Source: Epiperipatus broadwayi (taxonomy: Eukaryota > Animalia > Onychophora). Taken from it: a stretch of 64,000 nt of DNA. Location: the NCBI GenBank assembly GCA_028023455.1, contig JAQFVV010000001.1, positions 12,710,001 to 12,774,000 of the forward strand. The letters are read 5' to 3'. Both the position numbers and the translations under genes were made by a program. Shown here piece by piece: positions 14,031 to 26,933 of the stretch. Position 1 is the first letter of the stretch; each line of letters begins with the position of its first letter. The notes under the pieces were generated by a model. It saw nothing but the letters and a program-made list of their open reading frames with translations. It ran no database searches and had not been told where the DNA came from.

Positions 14031-16312
14031 CGGAATGAGAATGTGAAAGACTGAGCTAAACAATAGACAATATAAAAAAAATATATAGCAACAAGGATTG
14101 ACATTCACCATTAAGAAAAAGAAGGCAAAACTTTGCTGTGGTCTTCTATACAACTATCTTTGCATAACTACAATATTTATTGGACTTGATATGTTATTAG
14201 GAATGGCAAGCTAAACAATAAATTATGGTGGTCCAGGGGTTTAAATTCTTCCATCTTGCACTATTTCATGATTAAGATCTAGTGAAAAATAAGCAAATTA
14301 CTGATGAGCAGACATTTGGAGTAGAAAACAAACAGAATGAATAGCTATTTATATACAGCAAGCTAATTAATATAAGCATTCATTAAATATTCAAAATTGG
14401 TCTATCATTTTAATTGATACACTATAACCTAATCCAGGTAAAAGAAAAAAAATGCTACAAGTCAATCGTTTATAAAACAAAAAGGCTCATGAATTCAAGC
14501 ATTTTCCATTTTAAACTATTTTACATGTTATCTTAACCCACACTGGAACAGACAAAGAAGCATTACATAGTTATTGAACTTTAAAATGAAGAGAAAATAA
14601 AGAAGATTAAATGGTAATTAATTTAGTCTTTTTTTTTTTTTTTGTAAGATTGGTTTTAAATTTAACTATTTATTTATATGTAAAATAATTTTAAGTTTTA
14701 ATCAATCATTCTAATTAACAATATATTGAGTTTCATTGAGTATTAAAATTTTCTATTTTATTTTGATTCACATGCAATATATATTCGTACATAATGTAAG
14801 TAAATTGTTTTAAATCTTAATTTATAAATATTAATAGTAAAGACGCTAGAGGTCACTTATTAAATTTTTTCTAATGTCCTTTAATTTTTATGCCTTATAT
14901 ATGTTATATAAGTAAACTGGTTCCAAATTTCAATTTATTAACAAATGATTATATATTAGATATTATTTATCATTAAAACACTTATTTATTTATTTTTAAT
15001 TTAAATGCATTGTACACACATGATATACATATCTGTTGTACACAATGTAGGCTGGAAATTAAATTGATTGTCATTTGTTCTCATAGGAATCATTTATAAA
15101 TATACACATAATGCATTATATTAGTGTTTACAATTTTATCATTATTTAATATTTCTCTTCAGAATTTAATTCACAATTTCATCATTAGATATGTTTAAAA
15201 GAGTAGATTATGCTGGAGATATTTTATGTTTGTGTTATATATGCATATTTCTTCACATGAGATAGAAGTTGTTTTTATATTTTATTTATAGAATATTCAT
15301 ATACTAAGAGTTAAATAGCCATGATAAATATTTATTGAAGTCTCAGAATTAATGAACATATATAGGAAGATATTGAATTTAGGGGCCATAATAAAAGCCC
15401 TATTATAAATAATAAATCTAGAGTTTGTACTTGTAGTCCAAAAAAGGAGTATAGTATTAATCAAAAATGAAGCAAATAAATATCCAACATAGTAGGAAAA
15501 GAATACTTATAAATTTTTTTTAAAGTTAAATGATCTAACCTTGAATCAGCTTTTATGATTTTCATTATTTCTTCATTATTACATCTTTCTGCATGTTAAA
15601 TAATAGATAGTTCTTATGTAGATACAAACGTCAATTCATACTCATTGTTAGAAAATACTGTTAATTTAAATAGTATTGAATTAAAATGAAAACTTAAAAG
15701 TTAAACAAATATTATATGTGTATAATACAATTATTGCCATTTAAAAAGAAAATCAAACCATAATTAAAATAAATTATATACCATTTGTTTTATATGAAAA
15801 ATGACTGTGATTTATTTGAAGTTTATTTATTTATTTATTTTTTTCTTTTCAGTATAAAGATCTGGTAATGCTTGAGATTTACAATTACTTAAATGATAAT
15901 GTTTAGGTTTTGCTAATATTCATTTTCATAATTATTTATCTAAACCATCACTAATCATTATATTGTTTCACATATAATCCCCATCTGCAAATATATGTTG
16001 GATTCAATAAAATTCTCTTTGTTTCCAATTTATATTTTGGTGAATAATCACTGATCAAGTTGATTCTGAGAATAAATCATTTAATGTTTCTTATTATTGC
16101 TCTTTGGTATCCAGGCATATTTTATGTATAGCTAGATAGATAGACAATATTGTAATTGTAATCAATGATCAAACCATCCAATGATTGGGTTACTTTTTTT
16201 TTTTTTATACATAGAATTTCCATTACAATTGGCTTCCTAACTCAGGACTTTGATAAAAATAAGACAAGACCTGACATAAATTACAATGGAATGTACTTTC
16301 CATTACAGTATA

Positions 16313-16465
16313 TTATGTTATATAGTCAATTTTTGAAATTATACTGATTCTCTGTATGAAGGTTTTATTTTATTTTACTAATGTGTTATTTTGTTATTTT
16401 ACTTTCATTATGGAATACTAGATAGTATTATATGTGCAATAATTGGTTAATGTTAAAATAGATTA
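16313..16465 (+). repeat. Dispersed ~155-bp repeat, copy 2
   Basis: Direct-orientation match to 10717-10871. Confidence 0.8.
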
Positions 16466-17049
16466 TTAACATTTGAAAAGAGCACTAAACAATAGGCCAA
16501 AAAAAGGCTTTTTATATATAATCAATATATAATTATATTAACTGTTGTATGTAATTTTTATTATTTGTTATAATTTATATAAATAAAATTTAAATAACAT
16601 TTAAAATTTATTTTGCTATCAAAATTATAATTTAGAAAAATGATAATTACTTAAACAAAATATTTAAAAAAATTCAAGAACAACAACTCCAAATTTTTCT
16701 TAATAAAGTTTAATTATTATTATTTTTTATAATTTTTAAGAACATTTTACTTGGTATAAATGTATTTACAAATGTAGGGTATTTATTGCAAAGAGATTTC
16801 CTTGTTCTTTAACGTAAAACAATAATATATCATAATAATTTTCAAAACTTTTCTTTACTAAATGAATTTTGGAATATACACTTATATTCTTCTAGGATAT
16901 AGACATTTGAAGTAAAATGATTATAGAATATTTTTAATTATTAAAATTTGTCTCAATTAAAATTTTTCATCGAGGACAACAATAAATAAAATAGCACTAG
17001 AATTTGGGGAAAAAAAATTAATCTAAATTTAAAATTATTATAAAAATTT

Positions 17050-19462
17050 ATTTAGGAAGCACTATGTTGGAAAAAATAGATGATTACTTTAGGGAGAAGT
17101 TGCAGAATTCCAGTTACGAGATTGGAAATGCTTGGCAAGGTAACCCAGTGTCACAAAATCATGCCATTATTAAGCAGAAAATTCTTCATCGGCTGAGGTT
17201 TTATCCAGAACATGTATATCCAGGCCTTCACAGGATACTGCATTTTGTCTTATTGCACTTGAGTAATTTCACAGCTAAAATAATCCAAGTCATTGGTGTG
17301 TTGGCTGGGGAATTTCAAATCATCCTTGACCTGTATCCTATTGCACTTGTACTTTCTCAAAAAGCCATTGAATCCATCCCCATTAACTAATTTAAGACCC
17401 ATATCAGTAACCCCATTATTAATAAAAATCACTGAATCACTTGTTAAGGATAAGATCCAACAGCAGCTGCTCAGTAAAATTTCCTTGTACCAATTTGCCC
17501 ACAAGGTATCATCCACCATTGAGGCAGTAAGGAGATTTGCCTTATTTGTGGAGTATATAAGGACCAAAAAGACATCAGGACCTATTGTGGTGCAGGTGGA
17601 CTTCACAGTAGCATTTGACTCCATGGTGCTTGCAAAATTATTCTCAATTTTGGAGTGCTATGATGTACCCAAAGTCTACATCAGAATTATAGTAAATCTG
17701 CTGCTAAATAGATCAATATAGACATCATTGGATGGCTCTTTGACCTCAAGATTTAAACCACATCTATCAATACCCCAGAGTCACCCCTTAGCACCTTGTG
17801 TTTTATAGCCTATGTAAACCTTCTAATAAGAGTTATTGAGAAACATCTTCCTGGTGTATTTGTCTTAGTGCTAGGGGAGGAAGTTCATTACATATCACAT
17901 GTTGATGACATTACAGTCTTCCTCCCTTCATGCAAATACTTGCCCAAACCATATAAACTGCTGTATGGATACACTGAGAGATATGGGATAAGAACAAACT
18001 CTGAGAAATCTGCTACCTGGAAGATCCATTGGGCAACAGCAATTCCTTCAAGATTTTCGGAAGAAACCTCAAAATTTTCTTAGATTTCCCATGGTGCTGT
18101 CCAGGTTGGCTATGAGAAGAGCACTGCAAAACAGTACTTATCACTCCCAGGTAAGGTAGCACTGATTAACATGTTGGTGATTCCACAAATTAATTACTTC
18201 ATGCCACTTCTTAAACCAATCAGGTCCTTTCAGAAGCAATAAACTCAGTCTGCACTGGTATCTTGTGGAAGAGAAAAATAGTAACCATCAGTTTAGCCAA
18301 GATGCAGAAACCAAAAGACCTAAATGGGCTCAGGTTGCAAGATCTTAACACCTTTTTTATTCAGAAATTCCTATCAATGCTTAAGGTGGTGAATGCAAGT
18401 TTGCCAGTAGACTCATTAAAGGATGAGATTGAACCTACTGATACACCACACCCATATGAAGTATGTGGGTCATTGAGCTGCAAGAATATGCCAACAAATT
18501 CTTCAAAGTTACAGCATCAATTATTGACAATACTAACACTTACTGACAAGTTTACAAATACATGCATGCAAACATTACTGAATTAACTGCTGAGCTTGAT
18601 TTATCTACCAGATTACTAATCAGGAAATTAAAATTTTGCTACTTGGAAGCCAAACATATTCACTTTATCATAAAATTTAATTTGAAAGCCTTGCCAATGA
18701 ATCATTTTTTAGTAAATCATAGAAATTTTTCTAAAATAGAACCACTATGTAGCTTATGTAAAATAACAGATGAAACCATTGGCCATATTTTTACTGCTTG
18801 CCCAATTTTGAGTCCTGCTAGACAAAATATTATAACCAGAGTACTGCCAGCTAACATGAAAATTCTATGAATCAAGGATTCTATAACAAGTGATGTTTTT
18901 TGCTATGATTAGAATGGGAATATTCCTGCTTTATGCCATGTGGTTAAACAGAAATTATTTTGTTTTTAAGCAAGGAACTAAAGAACCATGGAAGATATAT
19001 AAAAAAAATTATTTGAAGGACTATGATCAGGGATTGCTTGTTAATGCCAGAAAAGCTTTTCAGGAAGACTTGGGGGCAACTTAGGGCAAAGAGCCAATCC
19101 TCAGGCATACTAATTAAATATTAATTCGAGTGATCCAGTTAGATGGAGAATGACAAAGGATCACTGCCAATCAAAATATGGGCTGTCTAATGATCACTGG
19201 CTAAGTCACTAAATGAAGAGCCAGGTGTTCTGATAAAAACTAGTTACATAATAATTATAGACTAAGTTTGAACGATAAGCTTCTTGCTCTGATCATGAAA
19301 TTAATTTGTCATAATAATAACTAATGTATCAAATGGGTATATTTTCTAATTTGGAAAATTATTTTCTAATGATTGTTATAAAAAATGTAACAAATCTAAG
19401 CAAATGTATACCAACAAGATTTATATTGTAATTGTAAAGGTGTTTTCCTTAATAAAAAAAAA
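17050..19462 (+). mobile_element. 5'-truncated degenerate L1/Tx1-clade LINE (RT plus CCHC finger)
   Basis: Motifs NLRPISVTPLLIK, VDFTVAFDS, HVDDIT, SLPGKVALINMLVIPQ, KPKDLNGLRLQDL and CSLC-x8-H-x4-C (~18750-18800). Ends in AATAAA plus an A-run at 19451-19462. Confidence 0.85.
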
Positions 19463-20017
19463 GAATATAATTAGCTAAGGAGGACCCATTGTTAAGTTAG
19501 TAAAAAAGTGCTTACATTTTGTATTAAGTATATTGAGTTATGCTTGACTATTAGTGATATATATTGCTGACTTGATTCAGCTATAATTAGTCTTTGTTCT
19601 GTAATTTTTTTTTTACTGTGGATAAAGGAAATATTGTCATTAAAAGTCGAAATCAGCTTTTCTCTAACTTATGAATAGCTTTCTATCTATTCAAAAAATT
19701 TCAACATAGTGAATAAATAGAAATAGCTTAGGATTTGAAATGACCAAACCGATTATCACAAAAATGTCATTGTATATTACTGCATCTCAATACAGATATT
19801 AATAATGGGGCAGAAAGAATAAATAAAACAAATAAAAAAAGGCAAACAAAAGAACGATAACTATGTTAAATATATATATATATGTAAAAGCAGATCGAAA
19901 ACAGTCCCTATTTTGCATGAGAGTGGTGTAGTGAAAGTTATAAAAACTGTCAACAAGATCAAAGAATACAAGAAGGTCTGTGCATAAAATTCCTATCTAG
20001 TGCTTATTCATCCAATA

Positions 20018-20059
20018 TCCCCAGACTAGTTTCTAGCTTGTGGCTTTCATCAGTGAAGA
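20018..20059 (-). ncRNA. Minimal type I hammerhead ribozyme (family A, A-U stem II variant)
   Basis: Reverse complement reads TCTTCA-CTGATGA-A-AGC-CACAA-GCT-A-GAAA-C-TA-GTC/TGGGGA. Confidence 0.75.
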
Positions 20060-20477
20060 ACCTTGGATCCGAGAGCACTTGCACCTAGATCTTAGGATCT
20101 AATACAACTCTCCAGCAGTCATTTTAGGATCTAATGCGATCCTCCAGCAGTCACCTTTTACTTTTTTAGCTAACTATTAAGCTTTGAGTCCAAAATGAAA
20201 ACACAATAATGTTTTCAAGCTAAGTTATAGTTGTATAGATTTGAACGCAGTTCAGCATTCTTACTTTTTGGTGTCTATAGTTCTTTAATAACCACAGTCA
20301 CCATAATCCTATTGGGAAGGATTGGTATTAAGCCATCAAATATCACATGCTCACCATTCTTTATGCTTAGAGGTGAAACTCTCCATACAGTAGTGTTACT
20401 CAGTGCAAGCCAGAGTAATCAATGGATGCAGAAAGGTTTGGGCATAAAATCCCTATTTAGTGCATACCCATCCAATA

Positions 20478-20519
20478 TCCCCAGACTAGTTTCTAGCTTA
20501 TGGCTTTCATCAGTAAAAT
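20478..20519 (-). ncRNA. Hammerhead motif with intact core but truncated stem I 5' strand
   Basis: CTGATGA-A-AGC-CATAA-GCT-A-GAAA-C-TA-GTC/TGGGGA. Upstream TTTTA lies at the inversion junction and gives only weak U.G pairing. Confidence 0.55.
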
Positions 20520-20989
20520 ATGGCTACTGAAGAGTTGCTTCAATCCTAAGATCTAGGTGCAGTGCTCTCAGATTCAAGGCTTTTCTCCGATGAAACCCAC
20601 AAGCTAAAAACTAGTCTGGGGATATTGGATGAATAGGCCCTAGATAGGGATTTTATGCACAAACCTTCCTGCATCCATTGATTACTCTGGCTTGCACTGA
20701 GTGGTGCTACTGAATGAAGAGTTTTGCGTCTGTGAAAAACAGTTTGTATAAGCATAAAGAATAGTGATTGTGTGAAAGACAAAGAAACTCAGGTATTGAT
20801 ACCTTTAAAAAACTGCAGATATATTATTCATTAAGTGTGACTTAAAGTACATATTCGGACTAGGGATAATGTCTAGTTTAATAAATGATTATATAAAATG
20901 ATTTATATTAAAATTCTAAGTACAGAAAAATTGAGACTTGTCAATAAAATTATAATAATTTGCTATCTATGTATATATTCTGTTAATGA

Positions 20990-21076
20990 AAATATGTGTA
21001 AGAGATTGTAATCTGGGCCAACTGATGAGTACCGGTTTAGCATAAAATGCTCATGTTGGGATCATTTATCTTTTTC
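20990..21076 (+). mobile_element. Family B HHR-bearing repeat, decayed copy
   Basis: AAGAGATTGTAATCTGGGCCAA-CTGATGA-GTACCG-GTT-TAGCAT-AAAA...TTTATC-TTTTTC aligns with the 41289-41360 minus-strand copy. Confidence 0.6.
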
Positions 21077-22027
21077 ACAAGTCCTAATGAAATAGAAATT
21101 TGAAATATATTTAATATATATATGGAATTAAATTTAAGTATATGTAAAAATGTGCATATGAAGTTAAATTGTAAGATGTTCTATATGGCTTATTTGAAAA
21201 AGAGTATGTTTCAAAAGGTATTCTTAGTGTGGAAGGTTGGTCTGATTTGGTTGAAATAGGATTATTAAAGATAAAAAAGATGAAATTCATTACAAATTTT
21301 AATTTTAAAAATGAAAAATGTTATCAATAGTCTAAAATAAAAATATGACATCTTTGCTATCTTCATTTTGCCAAATCTATACTCATATGTTTTGAGTTCA
21401 CAATATATGAAGTTTAAAACAGGCTTCAATTTTTAATTTCTAATAGTAAATATGCATGATTACATCTTAAATATAAAAAAGAAGACTAATAATAATAATG
21501 ACAAAAATGATGAAAAAACCCGAAAACAGTGAGTATATGGGAAAAGAAGAGAAAGTAAATCGTCTGTGTTAAATTATTCAGTTCTTATACAAGCAAATTC
21601 AAAGCGTATGCATTTTAAATCTTTTATTTTTCCGAGTACTATTAGTAAATTATCAGAAAGTCCAAAAATTACAATTTTCATTGTGCACTCGATAATGCAA
21701 AAGTTGATTTGTTAAAATCAGATCAAACATGTATTAAGTGAATATTTGTATCGTTTATGTATTAAAAGTTTCTTTTCAAAACAATTGACAACAGTAAAAA
21801 ATCTAATTTTTATATTACTCGTTATGAAATAACAAAAGTATATTTCAAAGATTATAGTTTTATAGCGCACTTTTTTTAAAATTAAACATTAAATTATTAC
21901 ACAATTAAATCACCTATCCATGTGCATGTAAAGAATACATACTCATTTGCAACTGTGAATGAATATAAAAAGCAAAAGTTTATCTTTAAAAAAAAAGACA
22001 AAACATCATAATGAAAGCCTTTTATAC

Positions 22028-22233
22028 ACAGAGGCAAAACTCTCCATACAGTAGCATGATTCAGTAAAAGTTAGAGTAATCAATGGATGCAGGAAGGTTT
22101 GTGCATAAAATCCTTATCTATTGCATACTCATCCAATATCCCCAGGCTACTTTATATCTTGTGGCTATTATATGGAGAGTTTTGCCTCTGTGAATAAACA
22201 GCTTGTGTAAGCATAAAGAATAGTGATCATGTG
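22028..22233. mobile_element. Family A short head-to-head insertion
   Basis: ACAGAGGCAAAACTCTCCATA is inverted as TATGGAGAGTTTTGCCTCTGT. 17-bp TSD ATGAAAGCCTTTTATAC at 22011-22027 and 22234-22250. Confidence 0.85.
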
Positions 22234-24880
22234 ATGAAAGCCTTTTATACCTGAGCATACATCAATCATCATGATATAACAAAAACACATCATCATATAG
22301 TAGAGTTTTCATAGTTCATCCTCTTATGAAAAAACTAAATTAATGAAATCATATTAGTTTATCTGTTATTGATTCTCAACTGTCTACAAACTATAAATGC
22401 CAAAATGTTTGCAATTCCACAGTAAATATTTATTTATCCTCATAATATCAACATGCTAATTAATAATACTGAGGTAATTGATATCTAGTCACTTTGATAT
22501 CAGCATAGAAGCCTAAAAATCGTAATTTGCAAAAGTGTGCAAAAAAATCCAACTAATTTTCTGCCATATATGTAAAACAAAATGTCCTTTCTAGTCAAGC
22601 AAATGTAAGAATTAAATTCAAATTTCTTTCTTTAATTTTTACTTAATTAAATTTTTTAAAATAATATTAGTATGTTATTAAATTACATTAAAATTAGATA
22701 ATAATTTATGTTAAACTTTTTTATATTATTTTTTTAAAGCCATATCTCAGTGAATTTGCTAATCAATTACATTTAAAATATGCTAATAAATTATATTTAA
22801 TTTTGTTCATTTAATATTGTTTACATTTTAAAAAATTATTTAAGCTTTTTTAAATTAAGTAACAGATATAGGAATATTTTTAAGCATTTTCTGATTTTAA
22901 CATTATAATTGCAGATAAGTATTTTAATATTTTCTAAAATCAAAAATAGTCCAAAAAACTCACGAGTTTCAGATAATAATATTCAATCAGTAATTAATTT
23001 TCACTTGCTAAAATAAATGATTTTTAAAACAATAGCTGTTTATATAACAACCATTCACTTTTCTATAATACTAATAGGTATAAATAATTACATGATATTA
23101 ATGTATATCCCAACAAATTAAACATATACAGCAACTACTTTTACTGAATTTGGTACTTATATATAATCATGTAACTGGAACCTTGACACGTTTTTTTCTT
23201 TAATTATCACTTTTCATGGACATTAAAGTATTTATGTTTTTTTTCCTCAAAATTATTTTACCAAACATTTATTACTTGTTAAGTTTAAAAAATATTAAGA
23301 TCATTATAAATTCTTGATACATTAAAAAATATTAATAAATCTCTTAAATTCAATTCACAAAATTTAATTAATTATTTTTTTAAATATAGATTATAACATA
23401 GAAATGTTAACACACTGGAACATTATCATCATGATTTTCTTTTTGTTTAGCATAAGATTATTGGGGAGCATATTTGTTATTGCTATTATTTTTTAACATT
23501 TTACCAAACTGATTAAAATTTGTAATCTTCTATTGTCAAAAGAATATGAATGGGGAACTGCATAACAACACATGGATTCCTATTTGAGGAATTTATATGT
23601 TGGTGACTGCACAAAAAAGATGAATTTGTGGCAATGTTGCATGCTATTAGAGATTTCCATCCACCAACATGAATAACCCACTCACACTTGTTACTTTATT
23701 TCCCCACATTTTTTATTATGTTTACTGCTCTTTAAATTACATTAAATTTATTTTATTTATAATCAATTCTCATACTTTGATGTAATTTCTTATATTTTTA
23801 GAATAACATTAAAAAATAACTAAAATGAGATATTAAATACAACAGCTTGTAGTCAGCCATATTGGAGGCCCCTGAAAATGGATAAATAAAAAAAAACCTG
23901 GCTAGCTTTGGGTTGCAGGATTATATGAATTATATGTTTTTTCTAATTTTTTCAGCATCTACTCTCAAAATTTTTGCCTTCAATTTTTTTTTTTGTTTAT
24001 CATGCATTTAGTTTCAACCATTCTCCAAAACAAACAGTTGGTGATATTCATTTTATAGTGGGATAATTATTACAAATTAATTTCTCTAAAAAAATGAATA
24101 CAATTTACTTTATTTTAGATAGACAAATAGTTTTAAAGAAATAATTATAACATTATTTGTAATATATTTCTTGAAGCGATGTTAAGTAATAAGTAGATAA
24201 ATTTTATTTTCACTTCAAATTGATAGTTTATATAATGATTTTAAAAGGACAAGTTTTAATTACATAGAAATTTTTTTTTTTTAAAAAAAAGATTATTTAA
24301 ATATTTATTATAATTTGAAAAAATAATTATTGATCATATTTATATGATGGGTTTATGTGAGATATATATATCGTACAATGAATCATTATGTACCCAATAT
24401 AAGGAAAATGAAGTTGCAATTCCCTAATTACTTGGAATATGATTATTATCAAAAGAAAATAATGTCACTATAAAATATTTATGAAATTAAAAAATATATT
24501 ACAATGTAATGTTATAAATTTAAGGATAAAATTAAAAATAATTTCACAATTTGAAATATTTTAATGGATATTTAACATAAGTAATAAAGTCAATTATATA
24601 ATGATTAAAAATGGGAAGATATTTTTTAATGATTTTTCAAATGATTTTAAAAATTATTTTAATAAAAATATATATAGTAAAACAAATTGTAAATATTGTT
24701 GATATAAACAATAATATTAAATTAGAGATTATAATTAAAATCATGCAAGGTTTTGAAAGAGCTTTTAAAAAAAGAGAAAGTAATAAAAAGATTTTTAATT
24801 TTTATGATTTTCCAACATTTATTTTAAATATACATAATGTATTTGCATACCTATACAAAAATATTACAAACTTTATTATA

Positions 24881-25235
24881 CTTAAATAAGGCTATAACCT
24901 TAGTACGTGCGCCTTGAGTGCTTAATTTATTACAAGAGAGATCTCTAAAATCTAAACGCAAGATTTGACTTTATAAAGATAAGAGCAGCCCACTCTTATC
25001 ATCAATCTATTTTTCTAATTATATAGGCATATCTAAAGCATTTTGATTTGCGAGGGTGAAGCTAATAAATTCTTCACTGATTAAGTCCACTATTTCTGTT
25101 AAACATTAATGATGCAAAATCTTTTGATTTACAATTTAGTTAATAGTCAGATCTTGCATTTAGATTTGTAGAGATCTCTCTTGTAATAAATTAAGCACAC
25201 AAGGCACATGTACTAAGGTTATAGCATTATTTAAG
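24881..25235. mobile_element. MITE with ~90-bp terminal inverted repeats (TIRs), flanked by TA
   Basis: 24881-24970 is the reverse complement of 25145-25235 with few mismatches. TA occurs at 24879-80 and 25236-37. Confidence 0.8.
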
Positions 25236-25635
25236 TATTACATGATGACATTGCACTTAATAAGAATTAATATTTAAAACTTGATTATAATAGAAAAGTT
25301 TTCTAGTAGTCTTAAAGTAGTTAGAATATTTTATAAAAAGAATAAAAATGAACTGCAAGTGATAAACTTATTCCACTTACAACTTTGACATAATTCACTT
25401 TAGATAAACACAGCAATAATTATCATTAATTATTTATTAAATAAAGATTATCTTTAGCTCAGATATAAATTTTAAACCTCAATTAAAGATTAACATATCT
25501 TTTTTTTTTTTTAGTTAAACACACACATATGGAGTAATTCAATTTTATTTATCTTTTCCCATGTGCGATATCTTTTATAGATCTACTTGATAATCTCCAC
25601 ACTACCTCACATTCTTGAAACACGTGAATAAAGAT

Positions 25636-25952
25636 ATTTTAAAAGACAAATACCACCAAGTTGCATTTCGTGCTGAATCAGCACTTTTCACTTGGGACCA
25701 AATCACAATTTTTCATATATATTCTTACCATATGTTTAGTATTTATTAATAGTAAATTGTTACGTTTTGATTTACAAGTGTCAAAGTTGTGCTTTGAGTA
25801 AGTTTGATGCTTGTAAATCAAAATGTAACTATTTACTATTGATAAAAACTGAACATGTAATAAAGCTATATATAAGAGATGATAACCTGCACAAATTGAT
25901 GAGTTCTGATTCAGTATAAAATGCTTCTTGGTGGTCAACTGTCTTTTAAAAT
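25636..25952. mobile_element. Family B head-to-head palindrome with two decayed HHR motifs
   Basis: Arms are centred near 25795 (core arms ~25748-25790 and 25803-25845). The minus arm has GTGCTG-ATT-CAGCAC-GAAA. The plus arm has ACAAA-TTGATGA-GTTCTG-ATT-CAGTAT-AAAA. Confidence 0.65.
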
Positions 25953-26146
25953 GTAGTGCTGTGAAGGTTACTAAATACATCTTTATTTGAAAATGTTTTT
26001 TATTTAAGAATTAAAAATATTGTAAAGATTGTACATAAGACAGAAAGATAAATGGATATTACAAATTTAATTATTATTCAAGATCAAGTAGATCATATAA
26101 TAAATAAAATAAAAACAACTAGATGTTATCTATTTAAATTTTTTGA

Positions 26147-26933
26147 AAAACAGGCAAAACTCTATACATATTGCCACTCAGTGCAAGCCAGGGTAATCAA
26201 TGGATGCCAGAAGACTTGTGCATAACATCCCCATCTAGTGCCTATTCATCCAATATCCCCAGACTAGTTTCTGGCTTGTGGCCTTTGTCAGTGAGGAGCC
26301 TTGGATCTGAGAGCACTGCATCTAGATCTTAGGATTTAATGCAACTCTCCAGCAGCCACCTTTTATCTCTATTTAACTACAAAACTATGAGACTTAAACT
26401 GAAAACACTATAATATTTTTAATCCAAGCTCATTAGCTTATACAGTCATATAGGTCTGAACTCAGTTCAGTAACCATACATTTTGGTGTCTTTGGTTCTT
26501 TAATAATCATAGCCACCACTATTCTATAAGGTAAGATTGGTTTTAAGCTAATAAACATCACATGATTACCATTTTTTTATGCTTGCTCTTAACTGTTATT
26601 AAATCAGGCAAAACTCTATACGTATTGCCACTCAGTGCAAGCCAGAGTAGTTAAGCAGAGATAAAAGGTGTCTGCTGACGGTTGCATTAGATCCTAAGAT
26701 CTAGGTGCAGTGCCCTCAGATCCAAGGCTTCTCACTGACAAAGGCCACAAGCCAGAAACTAGTCTGGGGATATTGTATGAGTAGGCACTAGATGGGGATT
26801 TTATGCACAAGCCTTCTGGCTTCCATTGATTACTCTGGCTTGCACTGAGTGGCAATGTGTATAGAGAGTTTTGCCTGTTTTAATAACAGTTAAGAGCACG
26901 CATAAGAAATGGTGATCTTATGATGTTTATTGG
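26147..26933. mobile_element. Family A locus: 1.1 minus-strand monomers plus a ~285-bp inverted arm
   Basis: CAGGCAAAAC occurs at 26151 and 26605 (period 454). Orientation switches at ~26648. 14-bp TSD TTTAAATTTTTTGA at 26133-26146 and 26934-26947. HHR motifs at 26256-26297 (-) and 26729-26770 (+) both have a CTGACAA core. Confidence 0.9.

Larger units (their letters stand above)
19969..20775 (-). mobile_element. Family A locus (subfamily II): ~1.2 minus-strand monomers plus an inverted plus-strand arm
   Basis: Two minus-strand HHR motifs have cleavage sites 460 nt apart (20024 and 20484). A plus-strand arm at ~20515-20775 has a decayed HHR (20583-20622). Imperfect flank repeat AAGA(T)CAAAGAA. 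Confidence 0.85.

Noticed and set aside
14293-14370. CTGATGA...GAAA motif as a hammerhead
   Set aside because: Stem II does not pair and there is no NUH adjoining a stem I partner.
10717-16465. The 155-bp direct repeats as the LTRs of the Gypsy element
   Set aside because: No TG..CA ends, primer-binding site, polypurine tract or TSD were found, and there is no room for gag. Neighbouring segments occur in inverted order, suggesting pieces of another repeat.
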